Part shown: positions 23,781-37,997 of the stretch, piece by piece
How positions within the stretch are numbered: position 1 is the first letter of the stretch
How the letters are laid out: every line of letters starts with the position of its first letter
Source: Octopus vulgaris
Lineage: Eukaryota
Reading direction: 5' to 3'
Length of the DNA: 64,000 nt
Assembly (NCBI GenBank): GCA_951406725.2
Contig: OX597824.1
Location: 37,696,001 to 37,760,000 of the forward strand
Made by a program: the position numbers and the translations under genes
The notes under the pieces: model-generated
What the model was told of the DNA's origin: nothing
Seen by the model: only the letters and a program-made list of their open reading frames with translations
Database searches by the model: none

Positions 23781-25887
23781 CAAAGTGTAGCTATAATTCC
23801 GACCAGAAGTAAATATATCTACTTACTAATCTCGATCAAGTAAGTTTTTCTATTATTAGGATGAACCGACCAGAATTTGATGGTTTAAAATATAACAATA
23901 TAAAGACTTATAATGATATAAGTAACATAGTATTTACTAATTCGGTCTATTTATCTGTAAATACTTTAATGCAGTTCTTCAGCATGCTAGAAATAACAGC
24001 CATATGTCTCATAATTCGCACACTACTAGCTTTAAGAAGGCGATATTCATTGTTTAGTCTCCACAGGATTGAACGTTTGTTAAAAGGTCAGACCGATTGG
24101 GTTGAATTCAGGATATATCACAACTCAACTACATAAAAAATAAGAATAAATGTATAATTAAATGCGTGGCTGGTTGGATTGTAGTGAAGAATTCAAATCC
24201 TCAAAAATGCATGAGAACGTTCAAATTATGAGCCTGTCTTAACAAATCCTGTCAGTACTCTTTCAGATAAGATTGCATATAAATAAAGGAGTGCTTAAAC
24301 CAACTAATATTGATATAAAGGCGTCTAGCATAGCAGAAATATCATTCAGCAACTAATGTACGTCACATCGGTAAATATACTCCAAGGTGCACTACTGTCA
24401 CATAGTTCTCAACATAGAATAATGTTGAAAAATGTTGGGAAATATCTGAGATTTGTGTAGAAAGAAATAAAAAAACAAACTGATTTCTAATAATAATGCA
24501 GTCGAGAGGGTTTATATATTTATGTAAGATACCATTTTCAGATCTCTTTGGCAAAGAGTATGTAGAAGCTGTTAATATAATCGATAATGTGCATTAGATA
24601 AGAATATAGCTAATTTTGGCAAATCATTTAATCCCAGTTTGTAATTAAACAACATATAATTATTAATTATTGCGATATCAATAAGGGAAATAGCTACGGA
24701 GCCAAAAATAGATTTAATAATCCTACATGATTGGAAGTACAAACAAATTGAGTCAATTAGTGAGGTAGTTCAAAGGATTATAGACTTAGAAACCTTTGGA
24801 AAATAATTTCTATAACTGAAACAAACCTGTAATTAAGATTTAGCTTCCGAAGCCATGTTATAGAAGTTCAGCTGTCGGTAGTCTGGATTCCATGGTACTG
24901 GTGCATATTTTTCTTTGTGGCTTAAGCAAATAAGAAAATACTGTTTCTTGATCAAATGTTTAACGCTCTGAAAACTTTACATGCACTCAGGCAATTTGGT
25001 TCTAAGTAGGGAGATAGCTAGACACGGATTAATGTATCTGTCACAGGCACATGGTCTTCGGTATCAGCATTTCCTTTGACTATTACAACAGAACAAATCA
25101 ATTTTATTATGAATTCATTCTACACAACAAACTTTAAACTTAAAGTTACATTAAAAAAAATAGAAAGCAACGCTTTGCATGTAAACCTGTCTTCATTGTT
25201 CACTGAAAAGTATTCATAAATTCTTGGAGAACGTATGTAGGACAAATCATTTTAGCGTAAAAGTGTGGTGCATTTCACATTGATATAATCCATGATAAAC
25301 CTCCTATATAAACGTCTGGAACCATTTTTTACAACAAATTGCAAATATATCAAACAATAATGTCACACACCCCACACTCCAGATCATGAGTATCCTTATC
25401 TATATCAAACAAAATCCCCCATTCCATTTTTATCCAGGATGTATTTTTGAAAAGCAAGAGAAACTTCCTCTCATAAACAATAATGTCAATATGAGGATCA
25501 CTGCGAAATTGGCAAAGGCTAAAGCTTGTAGTATTAGTGGATTAGAAACAAAAGATTAGAAAGAAGGTATTAGTGAATTAGAAATCCGCAATATCAAGAT
25601 GAAAAGTCATGTAGTTTTTATTATGAGAGATAAATATAAATATATAGCTGTAATTGAACTATTTATCTACCACAAAAAATAAATCAAGGATTATCTTAAT
25701 AATTTTTATGATCCTTGAGTGCGACGAGAAATGGGTAGGATCACCAATGATTCTGCTCCATCAGCTTTCTTTTCTTTTATCCTGATTCCGACTGTGTTAT
25801 TATTTATGGCTTTGCAAACCGAGCGAATTCTGAGCTCATTTTGAAAGTTAACGATACTTTTTCTCCATATATTATTGTATTACTTGC

Positions 25888-26092
25888 AAGGCAACAAGCT
25901 GGCAGAATCGTTAGCACGCCGGGCAAAATGCGAAGCGGCATTTTGTCCGTCTTTACAATCTGAGTTAAAATTCCGCCGTGACTACTTTGGCTTTCATTTC
26001 TTTCGGATTCAATCGACTTAACTCTTCATCGATTTAATCTACTTAACTCTTCCTCCAAAATTGCTAACCTTGTGCCAAAATTTGAAACCAAT
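25888..26092 (+). mobile_element. SINE family A, diverged
   Basis: GCTGGCAGAATCGTTAGCACGCCGGGC head. TATTACTTGC is repeated in the flanks. Confidence 0.85.
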
Positions 26093-26558
26093 ATACCGTA
26101 TTACTTGCTTTCTCACATTTTTGTTGGGTTTTCTTTAATATTATAATACTTTGCAGCATTTGAGTACGAAGACGTGTTATGAATGATATAAAATACCTGC
26201 TGTTAACTGTTTAAATAAGAACTATTCATGTTTGATTTGCATGACTTTATCTTTGCATAGTCATTCAATAACATTTCATATTTCATTGAATTCACATATA
26301 CTCAAACATCTATTCAAATGTTTACTCTTCGTTTTCATTAACTTAATATTCTTATTGATGCTTTTCCTTCTTTTATTCTTCAAATTCCCATCGATGATGG
26401 AAGAGACTGTCACAAAATTTGAAGTTTCATTTTAATGTAAAATATATTTTAACACTGCTATCAATATCAAGAAGTATCATTTTTTCTTGTTTCTTTTTGC
26501 ACCCAAACTTCCACGTATACATGCATGTACATAAAATACATACGTATAGTTGTCAGTG

Positions 26559-26633
<75 letters not shown>

Positions 26634-27687
26634 GCATATATACATTTGGGATGTAAACTGATAGTAATAATGCGATGTAACTAAATGCTTCACGTTCAAC
26701 TTATTCTGAGCTGACGATAAACTCACCCGGTTCATAAAATGCATATGATGGATATGGATGCGTCCTGTTTTACCGGTTAAAATGTTGTAATCGGTATACT
26801 TTGTTACAAATGACTAGGGTTGACTTAGTTCCTCTTTATCATCGTTAAATATAAGAAAGGCAACAGACTTTAAAAACAGACGAAGGACTTTAAAATGTTT
26901 AAGGAAGTATAGAAAGAACAAAGAGGTTTCTATATGGAAATTAATGTAAAAAATATAAAGAAACAAAGTATATTATTTAACATGCTATCAGAGGAATAGA
27001 TTGTGACTGAGGCTAGAAAGTAAGAAAGTATTGACCATTCTGCTATATGAAAATAAGTATGAACTGGAAAAGATAAAAATATTTAATAATAGTGTCGTTA
27101 TATGGTTTTACCAGTGAGTTAATAACGAAGAGGTAAAAAAAAGAAAGGGGAGAGGGAGAAGTTATTTATGGTAAATTTAGTTAGGTGATGATGTTTTTTT
27201 TTTTGTGTTTCAGACGGTACTTATCAAAGTGGCGACATTTAACGAAGGTTTCTTATCTGAGATTTAGATAGTTTGCATCTTTACTAAAGTTATTTATTAT
27301 TATGGATTCTTCTCAGTTTTGTATAACTAACAACTTTTGTACTAATTCTGTACCTTAAGATCTTCCCCATCTTATTGAAATATGTATCTTGTTCATTTAA
27401 ACTCAAGGTATAAGTGCACAGTTTTGTCCTTTTTTCTTCACTTCTGAATGCAGAAGCATAATTGAAGTGTAGCGATTTAACTTTACCTCCAATTATACAC
27501 ACATAGTAACTATGTACGATATTAAAGTTTGGTAGGATGGTAGAAAGTCTTGTATCATGTCATATATATATATCCTCAATTTAACATTGCATGGCCTCTT
27601 AATAGGGATGCTATTGTTTTTACACTAACAGTTAGTCTGCTGGAATTTAGTTGGTTTAGATGTTATTAATATTTTATGTTGGTAGAA

Positions 27688-27890
27688 AGGTGGCGATTGG
27701 CAGAGTCGATACCACGCCGGGCAAAATATTTGGCGGCATTACGTTCTGAGTTCAAATCCGCCAACGTTGGTTTTGTATTCCATGCTTTCGGGGTCGATAA
27801 AATAAGTATCGAGCGAGCACTGGGGTCGACGTAACCGACTTAAAATGTCCTCTGAACTTGTTCGCCTTGTGCCAAAATCTGAAATCAATA
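27688..27890 (+). mobile_element. SINE family A, diverged
   Basis: TACGTTCTGAGTTCAAAT B-box, CTTTCGGGGTCGATAAAATAAGTA and CCTTGTGCCAAAA. Confidence 0.82.
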
Positions 27891-27923
27891 TTCTATACCG
27901 GTAGCACGGCTGCATATGTATAC

Positions 27924-27967
<44 letters not shown>

Positions 27968-28307
27968 TTCAAACTACTGCCTATACAATAAACAAATAAA
28001 TACTATTATACACACATTATATAGTCATTAGACCGGAACTACTTACTCAGCAAATTCTTAACCGCGTCGTCACGCTTGGCAAGCATGATCAACTATCAAA
28101 GGGTTCGGCACGCTTTATAGTGGCTTTCAATCAAAACCTATTATATCCTTATCTTTATCTCTTTATTCTTTGCATTGTATTTTTTGTCAACCACTTACTG
28201 CCTGTATATCCAGCTCAGAAAACCGTACCACCTAGGTAGGATATATATATATACACACACACACATATATATATACATGCATACACACATACATACACAC
28301 ACATACA

Positions 28308-28395
<88 letters not shown>

Positions 28396-29301
28396 CGAGA
28401 AGGTACCCAAAACTAACCGGAAACGTTCTCTGTGGGACAAGTCCGTTGTAGTTCAGGTTTCCGCCGCTAGATGCCACTTGATGCGTCCCTCAAACATCAG
28501 TCTGCCAAAAGATGTCTTCTGCTGATGTCGTACTATCACATGGTGCCTCTTTGTTTTGCAGTGCCTCTCTTCTGTTCGTCAATTTTTGCGATTGCTGAAA
28601 CGAAGGAACTGCGTGCTTCCGTGAAATTCTGCTTTCTGTTGGAGAAAATGGCGGCCGTAAAAGTTGTGTGCCTGAAACAGCTTACAAGGACGCTGCATTG
28701 AGCAAAACAGAAGTTTATGGGTGGTTTTCACGCTTTAGGAGTGGTCACTTGTCGCTTGAAGACCAACCTTGTTCAGGGCTATCGACGACTTCCTTAATGA
28801 ACGAAAACATCACGAAGATTCATGAACTGATCTTGGAGGACTGTCGCCGAATAATTGACGAATTTGTTGATATGATTAGTGTGTCCTGGAGTTCCTACAA
28901 ACGAATTTTGAGCGATGAATTGCGAATGAAAAGAGATGGAGCAAAATTTGTGCCACGCTTGCTCACGGAAGATCAAAAGTAGTCACGAGTGAATGCGTGT
29001 CGTGAACTGAAAGAACTGTTGGAGGTTGATCTGAACCTTTTTTTCGAAGGTCATTACTGGTGACGAAAGCTGGTGCTACGGAATTTGCAGATGTGGAAGA
29101 GGTGAAAAAGGAAACGATGGAGATGTTCAAAGGCACCACATCGCAAGAGTTCCAGCACTGTTTTGAATAGTGGAAAACACACCTGGGCCGATGCGTTGCT
29201 TCAAATGGAGAATATTTTGAAGACGATAAAAGTGTAAACATGTAAAACTAAGTGAATATAATAATACTGCAAAATTGCGGTTTCTTTTGGGTACACCCTC
29301 G
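28396..29301 (+). mobile_element. Internally deleted mariner transposon with both TIRs
   Basis: TA-CGAGAAGGTACCCAAAAC ... TTTTGGGTACACCCTCG-TA. HTH domain, AKFVPRLLT and ITGDESWCY are joined near 29080 directly to the C-terminal FADVEEVK..RCVASNGEYFE. Confidence 0.93.
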
Positions 29302-29352
29302 TAGATATATATGTGCTCATCTTTGGCACTGTATTTCATATATAAGTATATA

Positions 29353-29413
<61 letters not shown>

Positions 29414-29417
<4 letters not shown>

Positions 29418-29734
29418 CAAAATGGGACAAGAACGCAAAACATCCGGACAGTTATGTGATACAAAAACGGCACAACAAAATATCCAGATAGACGATACAA
29501 AGAAAACAAGGACGGGTCATTCGAAGTTTTATTTCCTGAGATTGGAAAGATTAGAGCAATCTCAATTATAATCAGCCGAAATTGAGACGATAATCTGGTA
29601 CTTGACTGAGGAAAGAAAACTTCGAATGACCCGTCCTTGTTTTCTTTCGTATCGTCCATCTGGATATTTTGTTGCCCCATTTTTTGTATCACCTAACTGT
29701 CCGGATGTTTTGCGTTCTTGTCCCATTTTGTATT
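29414..29734. mobile_element. Foldback/MITE with ~124-bp terminal inverted repeats in (TA)n
   Basis: 29414-29537 is the reverse complement of 29609-29734 with few mismatches. Both flanks are (TA)n. Confidence 0.88.
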
Positions 29735-30350
29735 TTATATATATATATATAGCGGCGTACGTACACTTTGGTTTCTTATATATATATATATTCCATGAAA
29801 CTGCCTCCTATTTTCGGATCCTATTTTATTCATTTCTCTTGGCCTTGATATCTTGCGTCATTTCTATCTCATATCTTAGATGTGTAAGAAATATTTAGAA
29901 GATTTAGGCGGTTTGCCATTTTGAAACTTGACATTTCTATTCCAATATTTATGAACCTCTCATTCGTTTTGCGCCTCCTATATTTATCACGCATAACTCT
30001 TTACATGTAATCTTTATTGATATGTAATATTATATGAACTTTTATATGTTTTTATATTTCTTCTATATTTTTATGTATGTTTGCTTTATTTATTTATATC
30101 CTTGGAGAATCTTTAAGCCTATACATGCATGATTTATGTTGATGTGTATAAATATATATGATTTAATTACATTGATTGAATATCTTCATTTATGCGTTTG
30201 TGAATCTGTTTGACTGCCTATGATTTGCGTTTTCAATTTCCTTTACTCTGTATTTTTTCGCATGGGCTCTCTATAAGCACTCCGTAAATAGCTCTCATAC
30301 TTTATCTATATATATATATGGGGGTGTTTGCATGAATATACATATATGTG

Positions 30351-30406
<56 letters not shown>

Positions 30407-30439
30407 AATATACACACATTCATGCACATATATACATAC

Positions 30440-30483
<44 letters not shown>

Positions 30484-31246
30484 GTATGTACGTATATATC
30501 ACATCATACACACATGCACAGATATAATTTTAATGTGTTTCTCTGACGGAGAGATTACCCGCTTGTAAAGTTCTGCTCGGTTAAGGATGAAATAATTGAT
30601 GTACAACCGAATCATTGCGGCACGTGACAAAATCCCGTAACTAACCAACAGCCAATGCCCAGTCATTGTCAGTCGGGGTGATGAACAATTTCATGTGATT
30701 AGTTCCTAATTCACATTAACATTTAATCCTTCGCAATCGTTAATGTAGTGCTGTTGTTGAATCATTAACTCGTCGGGTCACTTCTTCTTCCATCTTTCTT
30801 TTCTAGAAGCAGGATATCAGCGTTATTTCCGGAGATAAATGTAATAACTGTTCAACGTAAAGCATCGGATTAAAATTCAGTTAAATATAAAATATTCTAT
30901 ATATATATATGTGTATAAAGTGTTCGACCCATCATGATTGGATGCGTTTCATCATGTATATTTGAAATTAATGCTGATCCTGGACATTGCTGTGCAGAGT
31001 TCGCAGCAAGTTTAATGGATCAGTGACCTGAGATAGTTATTCATTCGACCAACAAACAGAACTTCCAACCAGCCAACCAAGAAAAAGATCATTTAACTTT
31101 TGCCTTCCATTTTCTCCTATAAACCCATATTTTATGCCAGTTATGCACGATTTTGAAAAACTAATGTTTACTGGAAATATAAATAAAAAAGTTCATAAGT
31201 TCTTTTGAAGACCTTATGAACACACACACACATATACACACATATA

Positions 31247-31288
<42 letters not shown>

Positions 31289-31305
31289 ATGTAAACACAC
31301 ACACA

Positions 31306-31344
<39 letters not shown>

Positions 31345-32147
31345 CACATATGCATATATATTCATATGTATATATGTGTGTGTGTGTGTGTGTCTCTGTG
31401 TGTATGTGCATATAGTTATAACTGTATGTATACTTATGTATATATCATTTTTGAAGTTGGTACTCGAAGTAGAAGAGGCTATAAATTATGGTGTGTAAAT
31501 ATCATCAATAGCTTCATTTCTTCGAGTTCCACCGTTAAAATAAATTATTGTACGTTCTCTCGAAGTTACTAAACGCTTATGACGTAAACAACACACACAC
31601 ACACAAACACACACTTTTTCTCTCCCACACACACATATATATAGTATAACAAGAAAATCCGAACGAATACCTCAATAAGCACTCCATGCAAATTTATAGA
31701 TGACAGAATGCATAAAAAGGGAAGACCAGCCAAGTGAAAAAAATAGTACAGAATATTCTACAATTAATTGCTTTAGCGATGCCTGCCACTCCATCCTCAG
31801 CACTAAATGCCTACTATTTGTTATAACAAACGTTTGTGCATGATAGGAGTCACTCTCTAAATATATGAAACCGTTTGAGTAGCAACATGCAAATCAGTAA
31901 AATGACCTGAGACCACAGGTTTCAAGTCAGAGTAGTTTTTTCTTACATGCATTTCACACACATACACACACACACACATACACACACACACACATAATGT
32001 ACACATATAAATGCAGATGTGCATATACGTACATGCACCCGTGTCAAGCATACAGCAAGTATGCATTAAGCATAAATAACCTGGAGTGCAACTTCCATTG
32101 AATTGTAGGCACAGAAACTCAGAGTCCGTACTTTTGTCACTTAAGAT

Positions 32148-32300
32148 CAGTAGTGAGTACGGTCCTGCTAATCCGCTAACAGCTTATTAAGGAAGCTAAC
32201 TTTTCGTTTAGCGTATCAGCGTTTTCGTTAACCTTGGAAACTGTTAGCGGACCAATTAACTTCCGCTAATTCGATTCCACTAACTTTAAGTCCGCTAGCA
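32148..32300 (+). mobile_element. hAT-like transposon end with repeated GCTAA/TTAGC subterminal motifs
   Basis: Starts CAGTAGTG. CCGCTAA/TTAGCG occurs repeatedly in both orientations. No partner end was seen. Confidence 0.5.
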
Positions 32301-32314
32301 AAATTCATACGTTT

Positions 32315-32405
32315 GTTCCTGCATTCTCGTGTAGTACCCATCAACTATCTGAGCGAGTTTCTTGGTCAGTGTCCAAGTCACATACCCTTACAACAGCACA
32401 GGTTC
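32315..32405 (-). mobile_element. RTE LINE RT C-terminal fragment
   Basis: Minus strand PVLL*GYVTWTLTKKLAQIVDGYYTRMQ (cf. VLLYGCETWTLTK..LDGxYTRMLR). Confidence 0.7.
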
Positions 32406-32625
32406 CACCGTAACAATGAAGAGACGGATCTATATATATATATATATATATATATACAATCTGGGTAATAACCTTATCAGGTGCTTTCCAAAACTCGTCT
32501 AGAATATCCGCTACCATATGCTATCGTACAGAAGGAATTTGCCTTTTACTGGATATACATGTGGAAATCCGTTTTTGTATGCAGAATTCATACAAAATAA
32601 TCACAACACATTCCATCTACCTGTG

Positions 32626-32659
<34 letters not shown>

Positions 32660-32926
32660 TTTTGTAAACGACAGACTATGCTGATGATCTTGCAGATGTT
32701 TGTGTGTCCATGTACGTAAATATTAACAAATGAAACCAATGGTACGTAGGTAATCGTTTTTTATTTCGAATATTTTCATTTGTCATGCTTATTTTTACAT
32801 TTTGTTTTTTTGCTGAGATTTTTCTTGAGAACACATCATTCTTCGTGGTAATGGCAATTTGACGTCTATGTTTAGCATATAGGCTGTCCACTTTTAGTGG
32901 TGAGTTCTCTTAATTTTGTGTGTGCG

Positions 32927-32977
<51 letters not shown>

Positions 32978-33001
32978 ATGTATATATATATGTATATATG
33001 T

Positions 33002-33056
<55 letters not shown>

Positions 33057-33709
33057 AGCATGTATGTATACACATATATACATATTATTGGTTGGTCTTG
33101 ACTCTGCTGAGTTAATCAACTCTGACAGTTTTTGCTTTTCATCTGGCAGGGTGTCCAGAATCCTCCTCATCAAACAAATTTGGTGGGTTTATTCGTTCAG
33201 GTGTAAATAGTCCCGCCTAATCAGACGTTTTGAACGAACATGATCACCAGTAAACACCACCTCGTTATCATATCTACGATCTCATATAAATATACTTTCA
33301 TAGGAGAGTAAATGGAACTCCGTCAGTTTCGATGATGAATATTGTAGCTGTTTCGATGACCTACTCATTGAATTAGCATGTGGTTGAGTATATCACGGAT
33401 ATATTGTACTCTTAAGATCATTCATGAGAAACAATTGCGCATGGCACAGTGTGTGGCCTAATTTTACTGACAAGGCATCGGTCGACCCAATGTTAAGGTT
33501 ACAGATACATACTTAATAGTGAGCTTGAAACTTGGGTGTTATGGTTGCAAAGACAACTCGTTTATCACTTGACCATGCCTGCCTCTGTATAAATTGCACA
33601 CATACCCACATACATAGAGACTCATGCACATACATACACACACACATACATGCATACATCACACATATACATACATGCATACATACATACATACATACAT
33701 ACATACACA

Positions 33710-33740
<31 letters not shown>

Positions 33741-33789
33741 TCACAATTCAAAAACTGCTGATAGCGACTAAGTATTCGATCAGTAAGAG

Positions 33790-34400
33790 ATATAAATCTG
33801 CCTCTAAAACCTTATGCTGTAATATCGATTATGTAATATCAGCGTGGAAGATATCGTATTCGTCATCAATATAGCTGCAGAGAAACGTTTACAATGTCCA
33901 AACCTTTCAGTGAGACATGACATTGATGACATAATTATTTATGTTATCCGCGGAAGAATTTCCAGATGGTCAGTGATAAGACTCAGTAGAGCCACAATAT
34001 CTTCCTACATTCATAAAATATGGACTGCCACTGGTGAAGCATTCCAGTAGGAATAGTAAACCGGTACAGACGCAGTAAGACTAATACACTTCTCTGAGAC
34101 AGTTTACGAAAGACTTGCACTGGTGATAGAACCAGTTGGGAGACATATGTGAATATCTCGTCTAAAGTTGTGGAAACAAGAATATCTATGGTTTACTAAT
34201 GTGAAACTGACAATTTTTGTATTCATGCTGTAGATTCTCATTTCTACCTGCTATCATAGATGCCCCAAGATTTGCATAAAAGCCTGGAAATTCTAAGGTT
34301 TTCCAAGAAAGAACAAAACGAACTTACTCACATCATCCAAATCCAACCGATTATTGGTACACTGAAGATTTTTAATACATTCCAAAGATTCTCCATTCGA
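33790..34400 (+). mobile_element. R4/Dong-like 3' relic next to (TACA)n
   Basis: CPNLS..RHD region, and C-terminus MPQDLHKSLEILRFSKKEQNELTHIIQIQPIIGTLKIFNTFQRF, which is homologous to 38350-38500. Confidence 0.7.
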
Positions 34401-34712
34401 ATTTCCTGGAATGAACATATACATACAATCACATGTGTGCGCATGGCATAGACACATACATAGTTAGTAATCACACACACAGACACACACACACTTGTGT
34501 ATTTAGGAGATATGTATGTCTATTAGATGATATCAAGTTTATCTATATACACACTAACGTATATACACATATTCACACATATTAACTTAGATATTCACAA
34601 ATCCTTGGAACTGGATCGACCCAAAGACTCGTCACATTATTAGTGACCACCTTGAAGTCCGTGAGGATCTTTATTAAACTGAACTGAAGACATACAGCCA
34701 TACAATACACAT

Positions 34713-34713
<1 letters not shown>

Positions 34714-34797
<84 letters not shown>

Positions 34798-34910
34798 GAT
34801 TGATCGATCGGTCAGTCGGTCTGTCTCTCCGTATGTATGTATTTAATTATGTATGTATGTATGTATGTATGTATGTATGTATGTATGTATGTATGTATGT
34901 ATGTATGTAT
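34714..34910. repeat. (TATC)n and (TATG)n tetranucleotide microsatellites
   Basis: Direct reading. Confidence 0.95.
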
Positions 34911-35666
34911 TTATTTATTTATTTATGTGTGTACAAACAAACGTACAAACATACGTATTTGCATAATTGCGGATCCAGAAAAGTTATTATTCCCACAAGC
35001 ACAATAACGACATTATGTTTTTGAGAAACATAAAATTATTGGTCATTTGGGTACAAAGTAATGCTGGTGTTATGCAAAGAGTCAGAATGTGAGAGAAACC
35101 AAATACATTGATAATTGCTATTTAGTATTCCAAATAAACTAGAGAAATCAATAAGTGTAGCTTCAGCTCGTATTTCACTATAATTTATATACTGTTTTCT
35201 TTTCATGTTGCAACCAGGATAGTGAACACCTATCTTCTATTATATATATATTTTTTTTGTACAGAGTTTGAGTTAATATAAGCAGAATTTTAATAATTAC
35301 ACAATATAGAGATATAATAATAAAAATAATGGAATTTGTCTGCGATACTAAGCTTAGTGTTAAATAAAAGAATTGAAAATGTGTAACTAAAGCAACAAAG
35401 TTTGTCTCGATGCCAATAAATGATTTTCAATACCCGTCTCTATTCGATTGTAACCGAAGTTATTCATGATGCGTAGCTCAGATTATACGATAAATGAGGA
35501 CGCCTTAATGTTAACGTTCTAGATATACATACGGACTGTCGTTTGTAGTAGTGGTGGGGAGTGGTCGGTGACAGGCGGTAGATTATAACATATACACACT
35601 TTGTCTAAATGTAAGAGAATTAATATACCCAACTAGAAAGCCTAAAGCAAGTTTACAAGCTTATAA

Positions 35667-35824
35667 ATACATACATAAATGCATACATACATACATACAA
35701 ACATAGATACATACATACATACATACATACATACATACATACATACATACATACATACATACATACATACATACAAACATAGATACATACATACATCCAT
35801 ACATACATACATACATACATACAT
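35667..35824. repeat. (ACAT)n microsatellite
   Basis: Direct reading. It abuts the LINE 5' end. Confidence 0.95.
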
Positions 35825-36764
35825 ATGTTACGTATGAAATTATCGTTGAACGACAGGTCATTCTTCACAACAATTAGAAAATTTCTAACTGCTCTGATGC
35901 TGAAAGTTATTGGCGATGTCGCTAGAGAAAACATGGAATCAGGTGATGATAATTACGGAAATATGAATACCTTGATATACACACAGCTGCGAACACTCTT
36001 AAAAGAAAATCGAGAAGAAATTTTCGGTATTTTCGGTTAATGGAACTACTAAACAGAATCAACCTAAATGGAAAACAACAATCTCCGCCGCCATATTGGA
36101 TTGTTAACTACGATAACGAAATGTAAGGGAAATAATGAGTTTACACCCTACCAATTATGTAATAGCGACAAATTAACAAGACTCTTTGGTTATTCTTTAT
36201 ACGCAGCTCTTGAGGAAAAGTTAATTGCTCTAAAACACAAATTCAGGACTGAACGGAAAATTCCGCTACCGCAGGCAAATCTTTGAAAAAACCAGCGTAC
36301 ATCTCAAGTTAGCTTCCAACTAACAGATATTATGCAGAAAGTCGGGAGAGGAAAACATTACTGTCAAGAAAGCCCCCTTTCAAGAAGAGCTTGAATCATT
36401 CTGTTCTAAAATCTAGAATGAAAAGAGGGATTTCAACCTTAATGCATCGTGGCTAAATACAGTTACGGGAGAATATTGTACAAACATCGAGAGTAAAGCA
36501 TATAGAATTGACCCAGAAGCTTTCGAGATATAGCTGTAGGAAAACTGAATAATGGGAAGGTAGATGGAAGAGACCTAACAGCTAGATATTGGTACAAGAG
36601 CCTGACACTTTACAGAAAACCATTAATGTGTACATTCATAATGAATTCGGAGGGTCAGTTTGATACACGACATTTCCATGCTACAGCACGGACCTATCTT
36701 GTGATCAAGAATGAAACGACCGAGTTAGCAGAAAACTGCTGATCCATAGGCTGCCAAAACATTA

Positions 36765-36970
36765 TACAATGTTTCGAGGTGCTAACTAAATATAAACCTA
36801 TTACCAGTTCAGATATTTGAACCCGTAAGAAAGCCATTCATTGCATTTTTTTAAGAAAAAAATTCTCGCTAGACAAATAGGCGTAAACACACCAAGTCAG
36901 TTCGGAGTGCCCGCCGCCAATTAGCGCAGCCACTCACAGCATATTTAAACTGGCAACAAGTTTATATTTA
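36765..36970. mobile_element. Small IR-bounded insert interrupting the LINE RT
   Basis: The RT phrase NI|MYK is split. TAAATATAAACCTATTACCAGTT (~36787) is inverted against AACTGGCAACAAGTTTATATTTTA (~36947-36970). Confidence 0.55.
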
Positions 36971-37500
36971 TGTACAAACTGTATACAAGCTGCCTCAACC
37001 AGTTCCTAACAGGATCGTTCGGAGCCCAACAACATAGTGACTGATGAACAGACAGGTGGAAATAAGAGAGTGTAGTATGTGCCAAACAACCTTTTATAAA
37101 GAAATCTCTACTATCTGAAGTAAGAAAACACCGTAAAGCCTTATGACAGTGTGGCATAATTATAAGAAAGCATACCAAAAACGGCTATGCATAGGTGTTT
37201 CTCGATGACTTGACGAAGACAGTAATATTAACATGAAGTGCAGTCTCTCTTGGGCCGCTACATCATATACTTCGAAGGTTATGCATTTGCAATCCAAAAA
37301 CAGGAAGTTGCTTCGAAATATCTAGCAATCAAAAGAGACAGTGAAGCCCTCGAAATTCCATGATGCAACCGAAAATGTAGTTTAAGTCTTATTTCTGCTA
37401 ATCACAGGTGATAAGCAGCTGCCTAAAAATGCCATCAGAATATCCCTATGCGACAATATACAGTGCCTTTCAAGAAAAAAGACTGTTCTGGAATAACTAT

Positions 37501-37733
37501 AGGCGGCGAGCTGGTAGAAACGTTAGCACGCCGGGCGAAATACGTAGCTGTATTTCGTCTGTCTTTATGTTCTGAGTTCAAATTCCGCCGAGGTCGACTT
37601 TGCCTTTCATCCTTTTGGGGTCGATAAATTAAGTACCAGTTACACACTAGGGTCAATGTAATCGACTTAATCCCTTTTCTGTCCTTGTTTGTCCCCTCTA
37701 TGTTTAGCTCCTTGTGGGCAATAAAGAAATAAG
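37501..37733 (+). mobile_element. SINE family A nested in the R4 relic
   Basis: Full head, B-box, core and AAAGAAATAAG end. Confidence 0.92.
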
Positions 37734-37997
37734 AAAATCATTCTGTTATTGAATACATACACAAGCATCAACACAAGGAATATTGGTGGAACATTTATGA
37801 TCAAAACTGCTGTCAAGTGTAAACATAACTGGCGGAATATTGTTGTCTGAGACAGAGAAAAAAGTGTGTATTGACATAGAGGTCAGCTGTTCTGCTGGTG
37901 TAAATATCTCTTCAAAATTGAAAGAAGATAATTACAGACAACTGCTTCGAATCCGCCAGCTTCCGTATCCAGATTATGAATTCATATTTATACCAAT

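Noticed and set aside
24140-24950. Possible PLE reverse-transcriptase relic on the minus strand upstream of the GIY-YIG fragment
   Set aside because: Only faint motif resemblance, and no YxDD could be read.
29604-29636. CTGAGGA..CGAATGACCCGTC as a hammerhead
   Set aside because: It lacks GAAA and has no stem I or stem III pairing. It is part of the foldback TIR.
30095-30190. Possible long-stem hammerhead (CTTGGAGA..GATTGAATATC)
   Set aside because: Too many core mismatches to support.
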